From NCBI RefSeq assembly GCF_963921235.1, contig NC_086097.1, positions 52,950,001-53,014,000 of the forward strand: DNA of 64,000 bases. Reading direction: 5' to 3'. The notes under the pieces were generated by a model, which saw only the letters and a list, made by a program, of their open reading frames with translations, made no database searches and had not been told where the DNA came from. The translations under genes were made by a program, and so were the position numbers. Shown here in pieces: positions 61,487 to 64,000 of the stretch (the first letter of the stretch is position 1; each line of letters starts with the position of its first letter). Source of the stretch: Mobula hypostoma. Its lineage: Eukaryota.

Positions 61487-63677
61487 ATATAAATTTATGA
61501 GAATGTGACCAGTTATTTGTTGAATATTTACATTAGGAGATCTCCTGTGGCTTTGTACATAGTGAGTCAGTTTTTCTCATGATTGCAAAGTTGTACTGGG
61601 ATTTTGAGCACTGGGAAGGAATGTAAGATATGGTAGAGCTGGAATAGATAAGTCTGGAGCTGTGGAATTTATGATAGTGGTCCCAGAGGCATCAAAACAG
61701 AATTTTTATTCTTAGTGCACTATAGTTTTGCCAATGTTTTAATAAAATATTTACATTTACAAAACAACATATAAAATATGCTCAAGTTTCTTCGTTTCTA
61801 AGAAAGAGTTAATGTGGGCTCAAATAGTTTTGAAGAAACCGTTATAGCTGAAAATAACAACTGAAGTAGAACTGAATTACTAAAAATTATCTTTGTGTTA
61901 CCATCGAACACATGTTTTCAGTTTGCAGAGTAAAAATACTTTAAAATTTATAACATAAATTTAAATCATTTCTGGGGAAAATGCTTTGATCTCTATTTTC
62001 CTTTGAAGGATTTCAGGAAAAATGGTCTCAAATTCTCATAGAATAAATGGATGTGGCCTTATTTATTATTTAATGCCTGGAAAGGCCCACATATTTCTAT
62101 TGAAATTCTGCAAACTGCGTGTGTCGTCTATTTTTTAATGTTAGCCTTAACAAAAATAGTCCAGGCATTTTGGAATAGATGAACTCTTGAAATAAAATTT
62201 TTAATAGCATTATAAAAACAATTCAGCCGGCCATGGTGTATAGAAAGTGATTTGTTGGGATAATATTTCAATGCAACATCTTGTAAATATTAGTAATTTC
62301 GTTTCTGAGAAAAAAAGTAAATGCATGTTATTTTTAGGCTTACTTAATATAAAAGTTTAAATAAAGGGTAATTGAAGTAATGCTTATAAGAGGCATACTA
62401 AATTTAAGATCTTAAAATATGTTCCTTTTCAAGAGCAGAATTTTTTCAGAATCTCAACAAACACTGAAAAATCCTGCTGTGTGCAAATAGGCAGCCATTT
62501 TTTCTAGATTGTAACAGTGGCTATAACTCAGATACTTCCCGAAGGTGTAAATGAGGTTATGGAAATGCTAATTTATTCCTATTTTTAACTGTACTCTGAG
62601 CTGGGGACCAATTCTGTATTTGATTTGATTGTTGTAAGGAAAAGGGAATGAGCCTTGATTGATCACTTTAAATAAAAATAAGGAGGCAACTTAAATAGAA
62701 AATAGCAATTGTGTAGTTTGAACTTATTAATCAGTTGGAGAATGTTAAGATAGGTGGCCAGAAGTTTTTCCGTAAAAATCTCTCCCTTGCAAAGTAACAA
62801 AAAATGTTTGAACCAGAAAAAAAATTATTGAAAAAGGAATCAGTAAGTGCTACAAGTTGTGTATTGTGTAATTGTCACAGATGTTCATTTTCTAAAGTCT
62901 TTTCAAACTCTTTAGATTTTTTTTTACAGTGAGTTAGTCTTATGATTTAGTGCCCTTGACCTGGAGTCCAATTCAACAGGAAGCACATTTTGCCTTTGTT
63001 CTTGTTACAGATTATTATTTTATTATCTCTTGCACTGTCTCGTTTAATTCTACAATTACTGAACAATGCAAGTCTGTTCATGCAGATTCTGCCCTGGACA
63101 ATGGCAAGGATGTTGCAACTGAATTCAAAGCCCTTGGTTTAAAAAAGAGGAAATCTGCATGTGGAATGACTCAACTCTTTGTTGCCTAAAGTCGTGGTAT
63201 GTTTGACAATAGCAGGTGTAACAGTGGTGTTCTCAGTTAATCAGCCTGTCATCTTGCTGCTAAATTATAAGTAGGAAATGCTAGAAATACTTAGCAGATT
63301 GAGCAGCATCTGTAGGAAGAAAAATGGTTTCAGGTATGTTAAAAGGAGAGGGAGGCTCTGATTTTTGGAGGGATTATATAAGTGATAATGTTAGAGGTTC
63401 GATGTGTTGTTTGAAAGATTGATGGAAGCCTGAAACTAATATAGGCATATCCAACCTATGGAGATGATGAGCAGAAAGTGCTGTGGCATAGAATACAGGC
63501 AGCTTGGTGAAATTATGGAGGGTGTAGCATGAGAAACTGGCCAAGAAGTTGGATTATTTTGTCACAATAGGTGACAAAAGCATGGATGAAAGTTCAGTAG
63601 TTGTGAAGTATAAGCAGTGTGGTGCAATATTATCATTGAATTGAAAGTAAGGGTTATTTGGGAGTGGGAAAATATAA

Positions 63678-64000
63678 GAGCATAGACATAAGAGCAGAAG
63701 TAGGTCACTTGGCCCATTGAAACTGCATTACCATTCAATCATGGCTGATCCTTTTTCTCCCTCCACAGCCCCACCCCCCCAGCCTTTTCCTCATAATCTT
63801 TGATGCGTGTCCCATCAAGAACCTATTAAGCTCTGCCTTAAATACACCCTAAAATCTGGCCTCCACAGCTGCCTGTGGAAACAAATTCCCCAAACTCACC
63901 ACCCTCCGGCTACAGAAATTTCTCCACATCTCTTTTAAATGGGTGCCCCTCTATCCTGAGCTGTCCTCTTGTCCTAGACTCCCCCACCATGGGAAACATC
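63678..64000 (-). mobile_element. CR1 3' end running off the window
   Basis: catagacataagagcagaagtaggtc tail; similar to 18175-18500. Confidence 0.8.

Noticed and set aside
61800..64000. STYX exons expected downstream of PSMC6 by human synteny
   Set aside because: No recognisable coding exon or CpG-rich promoter within the window

Overview
Vertebrate genomic DNA. The repeat content (CR1, Rex/Babar, V-SINE-like SINEs, Penelope-derived palindromes) points to a cartilaginous fish, probably a ray (inference). Two complete spliced genes were reconstructed by hand, lying head-to-head about 6.4 kb apart. ERO1A (ER oxidoreductin 1 alpha) is on the - strand with 16 coding exons (28776..4842, 462 aa), including a 9-nt microexon. 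PSMC6 (26S proteasome AAA-ATPase Rpt4) is on the + strand with 14 coding exons (35172..61151, 389 aa). All introns are GT-AG with compatible phases. The first ~2 kb looks like the 3' UTR of an upstream convergent gene (GPR137C by human synteny; unproven). The rest is introns and intergenic DNA filled with decayed, often nested transposons. Most notable: (i) a Penelope-like element whose insertion duplicated the PSMC6 exon-10 splice donor and which carries hammerhead-ribozyme-like motifs in inverted terminal repeats; (ii) a dispersed family of short palindromic elements with a decayed hammerhead core and variable-length target-site duplications; (iii) an ERO1A lacking the N-terminal CxC motif and preceded by two uORFs; (iv) a duplicated, AG-inactivated ERO1A splice acceptor; (v) a 99-nt stop-free in-frame PSMC6 intron; (vi) a DNA transposon that may supply the first ERO1A poly(A) signal. 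No CRISPR array, rRNA, tRNA or novel protein-coding gene is supported. Repeat boundaries are approximate unless TSDs or TIRs are quoted, and comparisons to human proteins are from memory.
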